NCBI RefSeq assembly: GCF_009914755.1
Contig: NC_060932.1
Strand: one strand, 5' to 3'
Origin: the human T2T-CHM13v2.0 reference genome, Homo sapiens
Length of the DNA stretch: 64,000 nt
Shown here: piece after piece, positions 15,869-29,619 of the stretch
Position numbering within the stretch: position 1 is the first letter of the stretch
Layout of the letters: each line of letters starts with the position of its first letter
Notes under the pieces: generated by a model
The model's database searches: none
Told to the model about the DNA's origin: nothing
Seen by the model: only the letters and a program-made list of their open reading frames with translations
Made by a program: the position numbers and the translations under genes

Positions 15869-16280
15869 TTTCACTCGCGCCTGTGTGAAGAGACCACCAA
15901 ACACGCTTTGTGTGAGCAGCAAGCCTATTTATTTCACCTGGGTGCAGGCGGGCTGAGTCCGAAAAGCGAGTCAGCGAAGGGAGATGGGGTGGGGCCGTTT
16001 TATAAGATTTGGGTAGGTAAAGGAAAATTACAGTCGAAGGGGGGTGTTCTCTGGCTGGCAGGGGTGGGGGTCACAAGGTGCTCAGTAGGGGAGCTTTTGA
16101 GCCAGGATGAGCCAGGAGAAGGAATTTCACAAGGTAATGTCATCAGTTAAGGCAGGAACAGGCCATTTTCACTTCTTTTGTGGTGGAATGTCATCAGTTA
16201 AGGCAGAAACCGGCCATCTGGATGTGTACATGCAGGTCACAGGGGATATGATGGCTTAGCTTGGGCTCAGAGGCCTGACA
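15869..16280 (-). mobile_element. Solo LTR7 (HERV-H)
   Basis: Minus strand TGTCAGGCCTCTGAGCCCAAGCTAAGCCATC...duplicated CTGCCTTAACTGATGACATT...TATAAAACGGCCCC...GGTCTCTTCACACAGGCGCGAGTGAAA; no internal HERV-H sequence adjacent. Confidence 0.95.
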
Positions 16281-16899
16281 TTGATCATACATCACACATG
16301 GCATTTGCCCTGTAGCTGAAACAATATATTAGTTTCAGCTACAGGGCAAAACTGAGAGCTGTTGACCAGAAAGTAAGAAACTTGGATTCTAGGGCTTGTT
16401 CTGCCCCTCCAGCCTGTGTCCACAGACACATATGAGGGCAAACACCCTTGTCCTGTCCACAGCCCCATCAGCACAACTTGACAACTGTCCAATGAGTATT
16501 TTTAGCTGAAATTTCTTTGTGCTTTCGCCACCATCCATAAAGTTGAAATGATAACAGCTATCTTACGTGCCTAATGAGGCTTTAAAATTAAAACATATGT
16601 GTGAACACGTCTACTGAATGTTCCCTTTCTCCATGTGAGTGAAAACCCACCTAATGAAGTCTGATAAGCACAGCATCGTGCTGCTATGACTCCTCATCTA
16701 GGAAAAGAACCAGGCCCAGCTCGCCAAATCCTCCTTTGGAAGCACTCCAACATCTCCTTCAGAGCTCCGTCACCATCTACGTATATGAGTACCTCCTCCT
16801 CAAGATAATCGGCTTTCATTCAAGCCCTAGCCTTCAAAAAGCATTTTTAAAATGTGTTTATTGTTCTTTTCATCCCACATATCTTCTACTGTGTTTCAC

Positions 16900-17120
16900 T
16901 GTTGTTGCAACAGCCAAAAGGCCGCAAGTTCCTGATACTGCAACTACCAGATGCTGGACTCTTCCTGCGTCTGGGTTCCCAAACCACCACGGAGAGCAGG
17001 ACCCCTGCTGACCCTCACAGGACATGTAGCAAGAGGAAGAAGCATGCTTTCATTGTGTTAGGGCACTGGAATTTCCAGGGTTAATCTGTGACCTCTATGT
17101 AGCCTCTCCTATCCTGAGAA
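16900..17120 (+). mobile_element. MLT1J/K-like LTR fragment
   Basis: ggacatgtagcaagaggaagaagcatgctttcattgtgttagggcactggaatt...tagcctctcctatcctga resembles an MLT1 3' end. Confidence 0.5.
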
Positions 17121-17209
17121 AGTCAGGCTCATGATAAAAACTCATTTTAGTTAGGCTTTTTAATGGTTTCTAACAACTTGATGAGTTACGAACATGCTGA
17201 GAGACAGCA

Positions 17210-17425
17210 GCCACAGTAAAAAGCCCTGTATGCCAGGGGTCAGGGCCCTGTATTCCAGGGGTCAGGACCCTGACCCCAGCCCCAGCTGAACCCACTACTT
17301 GCTGTGTGACCTTGGTCAACCCATTTTATTTCATTGTGTTGTAGATTGGCTCCTTGTCTTCTTTTAACAAGTGAGAAGAGAAGACTAAATTAGCTTTTTA
17401 AAGAGCTTTCAGATCTAACATTCTA
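17210..17425 (+). mobile_element. MIR with internal 22-bp tandem duplication
   Basis: ccactacttgctgtgtgaccttggtcaa MIR core; gccctgtatgccaggggtcagg repeated. Confidence 0.6.
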
Positions 17426-19808
17426 TAAATGAACTTCTGGCTTCCTGTCTAGGAAGGTACCCAGTACCGATAACTTTCTTTCTGTGGCACTATGCTTTAT
17501 TTTTTTAAGCTAAAAAAAAAAAAAAAAAAAATCTACTGACTGACAATTGTTTGGAACCCAATCTATTTATAAGCTTAGGGTTACACTAAGGCTAAAATCT
17601 CATTTAATGTCAGGTTATGTGTAAATCTTGTATTTATATGTAAGTTGTTCTACCTTAAGAAGCAAATTTTGTTTGTGTGTGTGCCTGTTTTTTAACCATG
17701 CAGTGAGCACTCCTGTCATTTAAGCAAACTTAGCACACAAAAATTAAATTCACTAGAATCCAAAATTTAGGAGCATCATTAGTAGGTAAAATAACAAAGT
17801 GCTGATAATCTGATTCAGAGCCCTAAGAAGATGCTCTAGAAAGAAACATAAATGAAAAATAATGAAACTAAGCTGTCTTCAAAGCAATTGAATAGAGACT
17901 GTTGGAGAATGTCCCCTGTGATAGGAAAGTAATCCTTTTCAGTCCATAGGGCCCAGTTTTGGCTCAATTCTTGTGCCATGGAGCTTACAGCAGATGAGGA
18001 AAATTGTATTACAAGAGATCATGCATGAATGTTTCTGAAAGGGGTATGGGAGAGCCAAGACTCTTTGTTTTAATATGAATTAAGTTTTCATCTCTGGTTT
18101 TGGAGTTGAACTACTGGCTCTTGCTCAGGTTTTCCCTCTAACATGTGCCTTGGCTGTAATGCTAAGCTTCAACTGCATCAATTAATGTCTCATGCTTTGC
18201 CCAATTCATTTCCTGCTTGTCGCCTCACATGTTACTTGAATCATTTTCAAATTCTCTCTTTTTAACAAACCTGTACTTATCCCATGATTGGACACCGACA
18301 TAATCAAGTCATGTTTGTTCATTCTCACTGCTTAGACCTGTGTTTGGGAAAATGAATACCTTTTACTTTTGAATAGCAGATAAAAATGCAAATTTGTGCA
18401 GGCTGATTTTGTCATAAATACTGATTACCATCCCTTGGTTGAGTTACCTGAGCCATATCTTAAACACACACACACACACGAAATAGAATAACTCGTAGGT
18501 TAGAATTAAAATGAATGATAATTAAAATATCATCTTCTTAGAGTTTATACTATGTATAAATATATATACTTTCTAAAACTCATCTATAGTTTATAAAAAT
18601 ATGTGTAAAACAAGAAAAATAAATGTAATTAGAAAGACATTTTGCAAATCATTGATGAGCTTTCCTTTTCACCTTTCTCTCTTCATGCCCTTTTACATTG
18701 GTCAGCCTAAAGCCTCCATATGTCTAGGAGATTAGTGTTTATTACAGAAGGCGTTAATGAGAAAGAATGAGGAATATTCAGCACCTGACGTTCACAGGAT
18801 TTTACAGGACAAGAGGCTTGAGGGCCAGGCATTGCCGAGAGGGAAAGTGTTTCCCAATCCCTTTCTCTCCTCCTTTGGCATATTTACCACAGAGCTGGGA
18901 GACCCATGCTCTTTCTTTTCTGTAGTTCAGGGAAGATATTCTTTCCACCTGAGAGGTAGAAGCCCTAAACTTGCTGCTCTAAGGTAAAAGGAAGATATGA
19001 TTTAGGGGAAATAAAAGAAAAGCCTGCTCCTTTCTGGTCCCAAGAAATGGTTGGAAGAAGAAACAAAAACAGGGAGAGGCACGAGCCTCTCAAATGCATC
19101 TGACCAACTTCCCTTTGGGCCCCAGGACCAGCTGAGGTGAGAAGTCAGGGAGAGTAAGCCAGAGACACAGGATTCCTCCCGCCAGCTTCCATCGCACTTG
19201 GGATTCTGAGAGGATTCCATCTTGAAGGCAGTCTTCAATGGGTGTGCAGCTTCTTCCGGCACAGGGAGGACTTGAGGTTTTACTCTCCCAAACTGTCATT
19301 GATTTTATAATGAGATAGACAGAAAATTGTGGCAATATATTATCTGACTGCAGAACTTGGGGGGTTGAGCTCAGCAGGGGTGTAGGAAGATAATGTGACT
19401 CAGTAGCAAGGACAGCAAGAGGGCTGCCTGGTCTGTGGCCAAATGTAAATCACCACTGATTCAGTTCCCACCCTATGCCTGGACTCTGCCATTCTCCAAG
19501 ACACCTTAGTTCTTTCAGCACAAATGTGCATCCTAGGGGTGCTCATTGTGTCTGAGTTGGTTATGTCTTCTTTTTTATTTCTTTTAATGGAAAAACTAGA
19601 AAATGTATATTTTAAGATAAAATACGTCATGAATTTATACTAAATTTTTAAATTCAAAATCAGCTCTATAAGATGCTTATTTAATCTCATCCACTTTACA
19701 TCTTCTTATACTCTGAAAATCTCATTTCTTAATGTCAAAAAAGCTAATTAATTCCTTTGCTCCATCGTACACTATAAAGACACAGTTTCAGAATAATAAA
19801 CCAGTACT

Positions 19809-20101
19809 GGCCGGGTGCAGTGGCTCACGCCTGTAATCCCAGCACTTTTGGGAGGCCGAGGCGGGCGGATCATGAGGTCAACAGATCAAGACCAGCCTGG
19901 CCAACATGGAGAAACCCCATCTCTACTAAAAATGTGAAAATTAGCTGGGCATGGTGGCACGCGCCTATAGTCGCAGCTACTCGGGAGGCTGAGGCAGGAA
20001 AATCACTTGAACCCGGGAGACAGAGGTTCAGTGAGCCGAGATCACGCCACTGCACTCCAGCCTGGCAACAGAGTGAGTCCCCGGCTCAAAAATAAATAAA
20101 T
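19809..20101 (+). mobile_element. AluS
   Basis: Full dimeric Alu; TSD aaaccagtact/aaaccagcact. Confidence 0.95.
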
Positions 20102-20299
20102 AAACCAGCACTATCATCAAACATTTATGATTTTCTGAGGGAAGCAATTCTTTTGGTCCTTAGGGTGTATCCCCATGGAAATGGACAGTAGAATTACAGG
20201 GTTGTTAAAGATACTTTGAATAGTTACTCTCCGTGTGGTTATTGTACAGAGTTAAGTTCATCTATTGCATTTTACTTCTGGTTTTTAAGGGTGACATTT

Positions 20300-22690
20300 T
20301 AAAATTTAATTCTCTTTTTTAGTTATGCGAAAGGTTTACATTGTTATAGAATCAGATGTACAAAATAGGGCATTTGCAGAGAAATCTGGATTCCATGCCC
20401 TTCTCCTCCACTCTATTTCCTCCCTCACACTTGGGATAACCTGAAAATTTCCATTTATGACTTACTCCTGCACTTTCAATATAAGAATATCTGTGTGTAT
20501 ATTTATTTATTTCCCTCTTTTTTATATAAATTTTAATCTTTTGTACACAAATTTCCCCATTTTGCGTTTTTTTACATAAAAAGTATATTTTAGAGATTGA
20601 TTCAAAATTGTATACAGAGATATTACTCATTCCATTAATATATGCACAAATAAACTAATTTGCCTTAGTTTATTCAATTAGGCCCCATTAGGTCAAAAGG
20701 TAAATGCTTTATAATTAGCAAATTATTGCTAAGATATTGCAAGATATTGCCAAATTCTCCTTCATGAGTATTGTATAATTTTGCAATCTACCAGAAAAGA
20801 ATGAGGTTACCTGTTTCCAGACGATCTACCAACAGAATATTTTAATCTTTTGGAGTTGTGCAATCTAATAAGTAAGAAAATATATCCTCTAGCAGTTTTA
20901 ATTGCATTTTCCCTGTTATAAGCAATGCTTTTCATATGGCTGAGAGCCATTTATATCTTGTTTTCCCTGAACTGCATGTTCGTACCTTTAGCCTATATTT
21001 TTTCATCATGGTTGTTGGCCTTTTCCCCTCTATTTCTAGAAGCTGTTACATTTTAGAGGTATTCATATTTTGTGAATATACTGCAAATATTTTTCAAGTG
21101 TATCACTTATCTTTTTCCTTTGCTTATGTTTCTATTGTTTTGTTTTAACTAAAGGATAATCGCCACACAATAGTGATTTTTAATGTAATCAAATTTATCA
21201 ATCTTTTCTTTTACTGCTTCTGAATTTTGCAATTTATCCAGAGTTCAGTATGAGAAATAGACTTGTTTTTTCAATAGCATAGCCTTTCAGCAATCCCAGT
21301 ACCACATTGTGAAATTCCATCTATCACCCCCTTGTTTGACATGCTGCCTTTGTTGTGCTGCTACATGTCATTATGCACTTCAATCTGTGACAAGGGTTCT
21401 ATTTTGTTCCATTGCTCAGTCTGTATGAACCAGTACCAAACTTTAATAACAGAGGCTTCATATTATCTCTTAATATTTAGTAGGGAAAAGCCCAACTCCT
21501 TGCTTTCCTACAGGATTTTCCAGCTATTCATGCTTATTTCTTTACAAATTAAAGCCAGCAAAAAGCCTGAATGCATTTTATACAATTTATGTTAGATATA
21601 TAAATCATTTTAGGAATAACTGATATATTCATGATGTTGAACCTTTCTACTCATAAACTCCTCCTTCCATTTATTCAATTCTAATTTTGTGTCTTTCAGA
21701 TGTGTTTTATAATTTTCCACATACAGAATTTTGAAATTACTCATTAAGTTAATGCCATGGTACATTTTCTGTTTGGCTGTCTTAAAGTTTTCTATTCCAT
21801 TATATTTTCTAGCTGATTTGTGTCTGACTATATGAATATATGAGGCTTTTTGTAACCTGCTACTTTACAAAATTTTCTTACTAAATTACCTTATGATGTA
21901 AAGTCACTATTCATTTTACTCTTTGAGGTTTTCCAAATATATAATCACATCATCTGCAAGTAGAGACAGTTCTACCTTTTCCTTTCCAATTATTATGCTG
22001 TTACTTGCTCTATTTTTATCTAATTGCACTGAGTAATTCTTCTAACATAATTTAAAATAAAAGAAGGAATAGTAAGGATCCTTATCATTCTCCTGAGTTT
22101 AACAAGAAAGCCTCTAGCATTTCTCGATTAAGTAGGATGAAGACTTTGAAGAGGAAATACACACATATCCCATACCCACACACACCATGCATATTATAAG
22201 TTAAGGAAGTATTCATTAATTTCTACTCCATTTAGTCTTTTTCATATGAATGGGTGTTGAGTTCTGCCAAGTGCGTTTTCTGTATCTATGAAGAAATCCA
22301 TATTATTTATCTCCTGAACTCTAATAATATAATGGATCACACAAATGAATTGCCCACTATTGATCTACCCATGCATTTCTGGAATAAACCTCTCTTGGTC
22401 ACAGTTTCTTAATTTTCCACATACTGTTGGATCACATTTGCTGATGTCTTATTTAAGATTTTATGTCAATGCTAGTAAGCGAAGTTGGTGTGTGATTTCT
22501 TTTATGTTGCCATCTTATGCTAGGCAGCACAATTATACTCACTTTACAGAAAGAATTTAGAAATTTCCCATGTATTTTAATACTCTAGTTTGAATAGAAT
22601 TGAGCTTATCTTGTTTTAACAGTTTAATACATATACTCTACAAAGTCATAATGGTGAATCTGGGGGCAAGGGGCTCTTTAACTAACTTCT
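20300..22690 (-). mobile_element. Old L1ME-type LINE fragments
   Basis: T-rich antisense ORF2 remnants, e.g. atcacatcatctgcaagtagagacagttctacc and tgaatgggtgttgagttctgccaagtgcgttttctgtatctatg. Confidence 0.7.
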
Positions 22691-22710
22691 TTGTTTGTTC
22701 TAGTATAATT

Positions 22711-23145
22711 ACAGTTAACTCTGGAGCAACAGGGCTTGAACTTCACGGGTCTCCTTACATGCAGATTTTCTTCCACCTCTGTCACCCGTGAGACAGTAAG
22801 ACCAACCCCTCCTCTTCTTCCTCCTTCTCAGCCTGCTCAACATGAAGATGACAAGGAAAGAGATCTTTATGATAATTCACTTCCACTTAATGAATAGTAC
22901 ATATATTTTCTCTTCCTTATAATTTTCTTGATAACATTTTCTTTTCTCTGGCTTACTTGATTGTAAGAACGTGATATATTATACATACAACATACAATTT
23001 ATGTGTTAATTGACTGTTTATGTTACCAGTAAGACTTCCAGTCAATAGTAGTTAAGTCTTGGAAGAGTCAAAAGTTATACACAAGTTTTAGACTTCACAG
23101 AAAGGTTGGTGCTCCTAACCTCTGTGTTGTTCAAGGTTCAACTAT
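22711..23145. mobile_element. Tigger2a (MER28) TcMar DNA transposon
   Basis: TIRs cagttaactctggagcaaca / tgttgttcaaggttcaacta with TA flanks. Confidence 0.85.
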
Positions 23146-23158
23146 AGTTTGTTTACAC

Positions 23159-23498
23159 CAGGGGTCCCCGATCTCCGGGCCTTGGAGGCGTACCTGTCTG
23201 CGACCTGTTAGGAACCAGGCCACACAGCAGGAGGTGAGTGGCAACCAAGCTTTACCACCTGAGCTCCACCCTCTGTCAGATCAGCTGCAGCATTAGATTC
23301 TCATAGGAGCACAAACCCTACTGTGAACTACGCATGTGAGGGATCTAGGTTGTGCGCTCCTTATGATAACCTTATGCCTGATGATCTGAGGTAGAACAGT
23401 TTCATCGCCAAACTATTCCAACCCCCTTACTCCCAGTCTGTGGAAAAATTGTCTTCCATGAAATTGGTCCCTGGTGCCGAAAAGGGTAGGGACTGCTG
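23159..23498 (+). mobile_element. MER1B hAT-Charlie DNA transposon
   Basis: caggggtcccc...gggactgctg termini; 8-bp TSD gtttacac/gtttagac. Confidence 0.9.
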
Positions 23499-23570
23499 GT
23501 TTAGACTATCTGGCTCTACCAAATCAATTTTGGTAAGTTGTATTTTTCTTTAAAAATGATTACCAATTTT

Positions 23571-23722
23571 GGGCGCCTGTAATCCCAGCTACTTGGGAGG
23601 CCGAGGCAGGCAGATGAATGCCATGAACCCGGGAGGTGGAGGTTGCACTGAGCCGAGATCGCGCCACTGCACTCCAGCCTGGGTGATAGAGCAAGACTCC
23701 GTCTCAAAAACAAAAACAAAAA
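23571..23722 (+). mobile_element. Alu right arm (5'-truncated)
   Basis: gggcgcctgtaatcccagctact...gagcaagactccgtctcaaaaa. Confidence 0.9.
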
Positions 23723-23769
23723 ATCACTTCCACTTACGTTGTCAGGAAATTTGTTTTGGGAAATGAAGT

Positions 23770-24123
23770 TTTGTAAGTGTGACACCAGCTGAGGCCTGGA
23801 AAGCACCTGTGGGCTGAGGCTTGCTCTCTTGGTGCAGCTGAAACATTGTAACTACCATGCAAGTGAGCCTGAGCTCCCTGCCTGAGGATGTAAGGTCACA
23901 TTGGAAAAAACCAAGATACTCAGCCCATCAGCCTGCCAGCCATCAGGCAAGAGAGTGAAGCCACCTTAGATCATCCAGACTCCAGCTGACTACAGAGTCC
24001 AACAAAGATCATTTAAGTCAACCCAAACCAGAAAGGACACAAAGTCAAATCTCAGGGAAAAAACTATTACTTTAAGCTGCTAATTTTAGGCTGGCTTGTT
24101 ACACGGTATCAGCTAAATGATAC
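23770..24123 (+). mobile_element. MLT1F-like LTR fragment
   Basis: gagtgaagccaccttagatcatccag...ttaagctgctaattttaggctggcttgttacac...taaatgataca. Confidence 0.55.
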
Positions 24124-24342
24124 AGAATTCAACATCAAACTGAATTACAAAATTCTACTCCACTATTTAAATAAAGAAGTCACTTGAACAAGACTGCCCC
24201 ATACAGTCAGGCAAACCCTTTTTGATTAGCTTCTGCAGCCAAATCCAGCCTCGCAAACCCTCCTCTTTATCCCCTTAAACTACCCTCCATCCGCCACCCT
24301 CATGAGTAAACAAAACTCTGCCTGAAACCAAACCTCCTTTCC

Positions 24343-24615
<273 letters not shown>

Positions 24616-24697
24616 AACCAAACCTCCTTTCTTAATGGCCCGTTTGGGCCACTGTCATGAGTTTTCCCAATGTTCAAACACACTCAGTCCTTGGAAG

Positions 24698-25075
24698 TCA
24701 TTATGGACTAAACTGGTTCCCTCCAAAATTCATATGTTGAAGTCCTATACTTCAGCAGCTCAGAATGTGACTATATTTTGAGATTTGATCTAATTGAGGT
24801 AAAATGAGATCATTAGAGTAGGCCCTAAGCCAATATGATTTCTAAGAAGAGGAGATTAGGACACAGACAGATACACATACAGAAGGAAGACCATGTGAAG
24901 ACACAGGGAGAAGATGGCCATCTACAAGCCAAAAACAGAGACCTCAGAAGGAGTCAACCCTGTTGATGTCTTGATTTCTGACTTCCAGCCTCAAAATTTT
25001 AAGAAAATAAATTTCTGTTGTTTAAGCCACCCAATCTGTGGCACTTTGTTATGACAACCTTAGCCAACTAATATA
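24698..25075 (+). mobile_element. MLT1B-like solo LTR
   Basis: ttatggactaaa...aaattcatatgttgaagtccta...agaagatggccatctacaagcc...aataaatttctgttgtttaagccaccca. Confidence 0.85.
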
Positions 25076-25349
25076 TAATTACAGGACAAAAAAACACCTG
25101 TTGAGGTTAGGGGCAACCTAGAGTTGGGTTTCACTCCCACAGGGATATTTATGCATGTGTTTCCTTTGTCCACACATGTAAATAAAAAGCATTTCCTGAG
25201 GAAAAGCCAATCTACATAAAAATCATTTTCAATATGTAAATAATCACTAGCATATGCTTTTTTGGAAACTGATATCAAAGAAATACTAGTAGTAATAAGA
25301 AATAGTAACAACAATTGTAAAACTATTTTAAAATATTAATAAATGATAA

Positions 25350-25590
25350 AAGAACAATAAAGCTGGTTACCAAGCACTTTCTATTAGTCAAACACTGCAC
25401 TATTAACTTTGCAAACATTGTTTTGTTTGTAATCCTCACTATCCAAAGAAATGACTCTAATTAGCCCTGTTTTGCAGTTGGGGAAATTGATGCTCACAGA
25501 ATGAGTCACTTATCTGGGGTATCTCAGAAAGCAGCAAAAGCAGGCTTTAACTTAGGGCCTAACTTCAATGTGCATTATCTTTCCATTACA
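25350..25590 (-). mobile_element. MIR
   Basis: ccctgttttgcagttggggaaattgatgctcacaga is MIR-core-like. Confidence 0.55.
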
Positions 25591-25913
25591 GCCCTTTAAA
25601 AAAATTATTCTTCATCAGTCAATTTTTATCAAGAAGAATAAATGCAAACATGATTTCATTTAACACAACTGATAAAGTTGGGAATAATTTTAAAGCTCGC
25701 ACTGAGAGGACGGTAAACCTATAATCAGCATAGGATAAATCATCTTCATCTTTCACAAAAATAACTATAATCAAAGCTGTTCTCATACCTCATGGATGTT
25801 GACCTGCTTTTTAATGGCTTGTATTTCAAACTTGAGTTCAGGCACACATAGAAGAGGAAATGGAAAATGAGTACATCTGCATTAGCCAGAGTTCTCAGAT
25901 TACCTAGTGTTAA

Positions 25914-26227
<314 letters not shown>

Positions 26228-27254
26228 AACAATTTTATACTCCAAGAATATAATCTGTTTTTACTTTAAAAAGTATATGAAAAAAAGTTTTAACTTAAAA
26301 AATATTACCTAGCTTTTGGTGGATGTAAGAACTTCAAATATCTACAGAACTTAATGAACAAAGTGTTAACAAATATAATCTAGCTGTAAGAACATTGAAA
26401 TATTGAAATATAATTTAAATACACCATTTATATTGTCATGCTCTGGGGAGATTGTGTTTTCTTCTTTTGAACTATTTCCATGTTTTCTTCATTTAATGTA
26501 AGAGGATTTATTCAATTTAATAGGCTAAATCGTCAGAAATTAATTTTATCAAGCCATGTCTTGCCTTTTCCATTTATATTTTATCCAAATTCTTCTAATG
26601 TAAGAGACTTATGTCTCATTTTGCTGTTGTTAGAAATTATGACTGAATTTCTTGGAAGAAATCTTTATTAAAGTAGCTCTCCACTTACTTTTTGCCATGT
26701 ATGGTAGAGCATTCATCTCTAGGGAAAGTAGCATAAGGAAAGGCCACCAAAACTTATTGGATGTGCTTCAGAAGACCAACAGAGTTAAACATTTCGGGGA
26801 ACAATATTGATACATTTTAACTCTATTCATAAAGATTTCATCTTTAAACAAGAATGAGTTAATATTTCATAGATGACTTCTGGTCTGAATAAAATCCTCC
26901 CCTCCTCCCACTTGGAGATCACTGTTGCCTGACATTGTAACACCGTATTTTGGTTTATTTGTTTTCCAGATAAATGTTATGACCTTAGAATCTGAAATCA
27001 AGAGGTGATTAAATCATAGTCATATTTAACAAATTATGGAGACAGATATAAAGTTGAGCAAACAATTATGTTTTCTTCCAAAGGAAACTTAGTAATAAGG
27101 AATTCCTGGTGAATGGAATAATGCCATCAGTATTTTTCCAGTAGGGTCATATTTACACGGCATACTTCTGGTAAGTTCTATTCCCCATAGTAGAGAAGAG
27201 GAAAATAAAGCACAGTTTCCTGCCCAAATCTTCTGATTCATAAGTGGAGAAGTG

Positions 27255-27808
27255 CACTAGTCATCCGCTGTGACAAAATGAATTACCCTAAAATGTAGCT
27301 TAATACAACAAAATTGTATTACTTCACAATTTCTGGGAGCTAGAAATTTCAGAGTGTTGTAGCTGAGTGGATCTGACTGGGAGTCTCTCATGAGGTTGCA
27401 GTCAGGATGTCAGGCAGAGGTACAGTTGTCCAAGACTCGATTGGGGTGGGAAGACCCACTTCTAAGATGGTGCAGTCACAGGCTATTGGCAGGGATCCTC
27501 AGTTTATGTCTGAGGCTGTTGGCAGAAGACCCAACCCTGGCCACAGGGTCTCTCCAAAGCACTGACTGTGTGTCCTCACAAGGTGGCAGCTAGCTTCCCC
27601 CGGAGTAAGTGATCCAAGAGAGTGAGCAAAGAGAAAGCTCCAGCATGTACCCCTCTGGCCTAGTCTCAGAAGGGGCACAACTTCATTTCTGCCGTATTCT
27701 ATTCATTAAAAGCCAGTCTCCAAGTACAGATTGCACTCAAGAAGCAGAGATTTGGGATACACTTTTTGAAGGGAAGGGTAGTAAAGAATATATAAACATC
27801 TTTAAAAC
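27255..27808 (-). mobile_element. MLT1G/H-like LTR
   Basis: tctctcatgaggttgcagtcaggatgtc...cttcatttctgccgtattctattcattaaaag...atctttaaaaccac is an antisense MLT1. Confidence 0.6.
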
Positions 27809-27829
27809 CACTTCCCAAAAGTTCTGCCT

Positions 27830-28680
27830 TAAGAACCTACTGTTGCTTTTTGGGTGGCATATATAGTTTCAGTAAAGTGCACAAATCTTAAGTAGCCAGC
27901 TGAATGAACACATACATACCTCTGTAAGCATGCACGTGTATATATACATATGTGTGCATGTATACATAAGTACATATGTGTGTTGTGTCTATACATATAT
28001 ATGTATATATGCATGTGGGCATACACGTGTGTATACATGGATAGCACATATGTATGTATGTACACACATACCTTTCTACCTTTGATGGACATTTGGATCA
28101 TTTCCATCTGGGCCTGTCAAAAATAATACACAAATACTCTTTTTCTTGTTATTTTGTGGACAAATGTACTCGTTTCTATTTGATATTTAACTCAGATTAG
28201 AATTGCTGTGTCACAGGATACGTTTATGTTACACTTTAGTAGAAAATGAGTTTTTCCAAATAGCTGTGCCACTTTACACTCCCACTAGCAACGAATGGAA
28301 ATTCCAATAGTTCATCATCCTTGTTAATGCTTGATGTTGACCATTTCTAAGATTCTTATTTTTCTGGTGGGTGGGCATGTTTTTAATTTTCATTTCCCTG
28401 ATTACAACTGATGTTGAGTACCTATCTTTTCATATGCACAGAAGTCATTGGGATATGTTCTCTTATAAAGTCTCTGTTCATGTCATTTGGCCACTTTTTC
28501 ATTGGAAAACCTACCTTATATTCACTTATAAGCATTCTTTCTGTATGTGAAATGTGAATATGAAGTACAGGTATTGCAAATGTTTTACCCAATTTTCTTA
28601 CCTATTTACTCTTCCTACAGTGTCTTTTGATGAACATAAATTCTTAGCTTTAATGAGTCCTATTTTTCAGTTTTTAGTCA
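27830..28680 (-). mobile_element. L1ME 3' fragment containing alternating (TA/CA/TG)n tract at ~27909-28070
   Basis: aaagtgcacaaatcttaag and tttacactcccactagcaacgaatg L1M motifs. Confidence 0.7.
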
Positions 28681-29234
28681 ATATGCTTATAACCTGTATG
28701 ATTGGACAGGTTAAAAAAATAAAGTTTAGGACAAAGAGAACAGCAATGCTCTTTGCCTCCTAGATAAGTCATCCAAAACATAAATTCACACTCAGTTCTT
28801 TAAAGATAGGAGTTTAAGGGAGAGAGGGCCAATTATTTTTCAGCTCAAACATAAATGTCCAAGGAAAGATAAAGTGAACTCAGGGATAAATCTACATATA
28901 ACTGAGAAAATCCAGGTAGATATGGTTTTAGAGATGTTGGCTGGCTTCTGTCAGAGGTGGGGTGGTGGATGCTACAGGCAGTGCCTGGCTGGTAGCTTCA
29001 CTAGATTGAGATGTAGAAAAATAGGGACTAAAGTCCTAGCAATGTCTGGTAGAGAAAAAAATAATCCGAAATATCTGTTTAACACAAAAATAAAAATAAG
29101 CACCAAATCAAAATAATGTGCCCTTCCAGCAAAAAAGATATCTTTTAGCAGAGAAAATGTGTTTTGCTGAGTAAGGTGGAAATCTAAAGGGAGAGGTACT
29201 GGGAAGGCATTTCACAAAATGTTATTAAAACTCC

Positions 29235-29615
29235 TGCAGTTGACAGAGTGATGGCCTTCCCAGGAAGTCCTCGTTCTAATCCCCAGAACCTTGAATATAT
29301 CCCTTTACAAGACAAAAGAAACTTTACTAATGTGATTAAGTTAGGATCTTGATATAGGAAGATGACTTTGGATTATCCACTGATTATCACTGGAAAGGTC
29401 ACAAGCCGAGGGATCTAGGTGGCACCTAGAAGCTGAAAATGGTGAGACAGATTCTCCCCTCAGCCTCCAGAAGGACCAGCGCTGCCAAGGCCTGACTTTA
29501 ACCCCATGAGAATGATTTTGGATTTCTCCAAAAACTACAGGATTATATATTTGTGCTGCTTTAAGCCACTAAATCTGTGGTAATTTGTTACAGCAGCAAT
29601 AGGAAATATTATAAC
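29235..29615 (+). mobile_element. MLT1C/D-like LTR
   Basis: ctaatccccagaacc...ctagaagctgaaaatggtgagacagattctcccctcagcctccagaagga...ttaagccactaaatctgtggtaatttgttacagcagcaataggaaa. Confidence 0.8.
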
Positions 29616-29619
29616 TATA

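Noticed and set aside
19820-20095. Alu-derived ORFs (also at 1515, 24378, 37690, 49250, 59800, 60699)
   Set aside because: Standard Alu translation artefacts
27909-28070. Alternating purine-pyrimidine tract
   Set aside because: Ordinary low-complexity microsatellite inside an L1; no evidence of function
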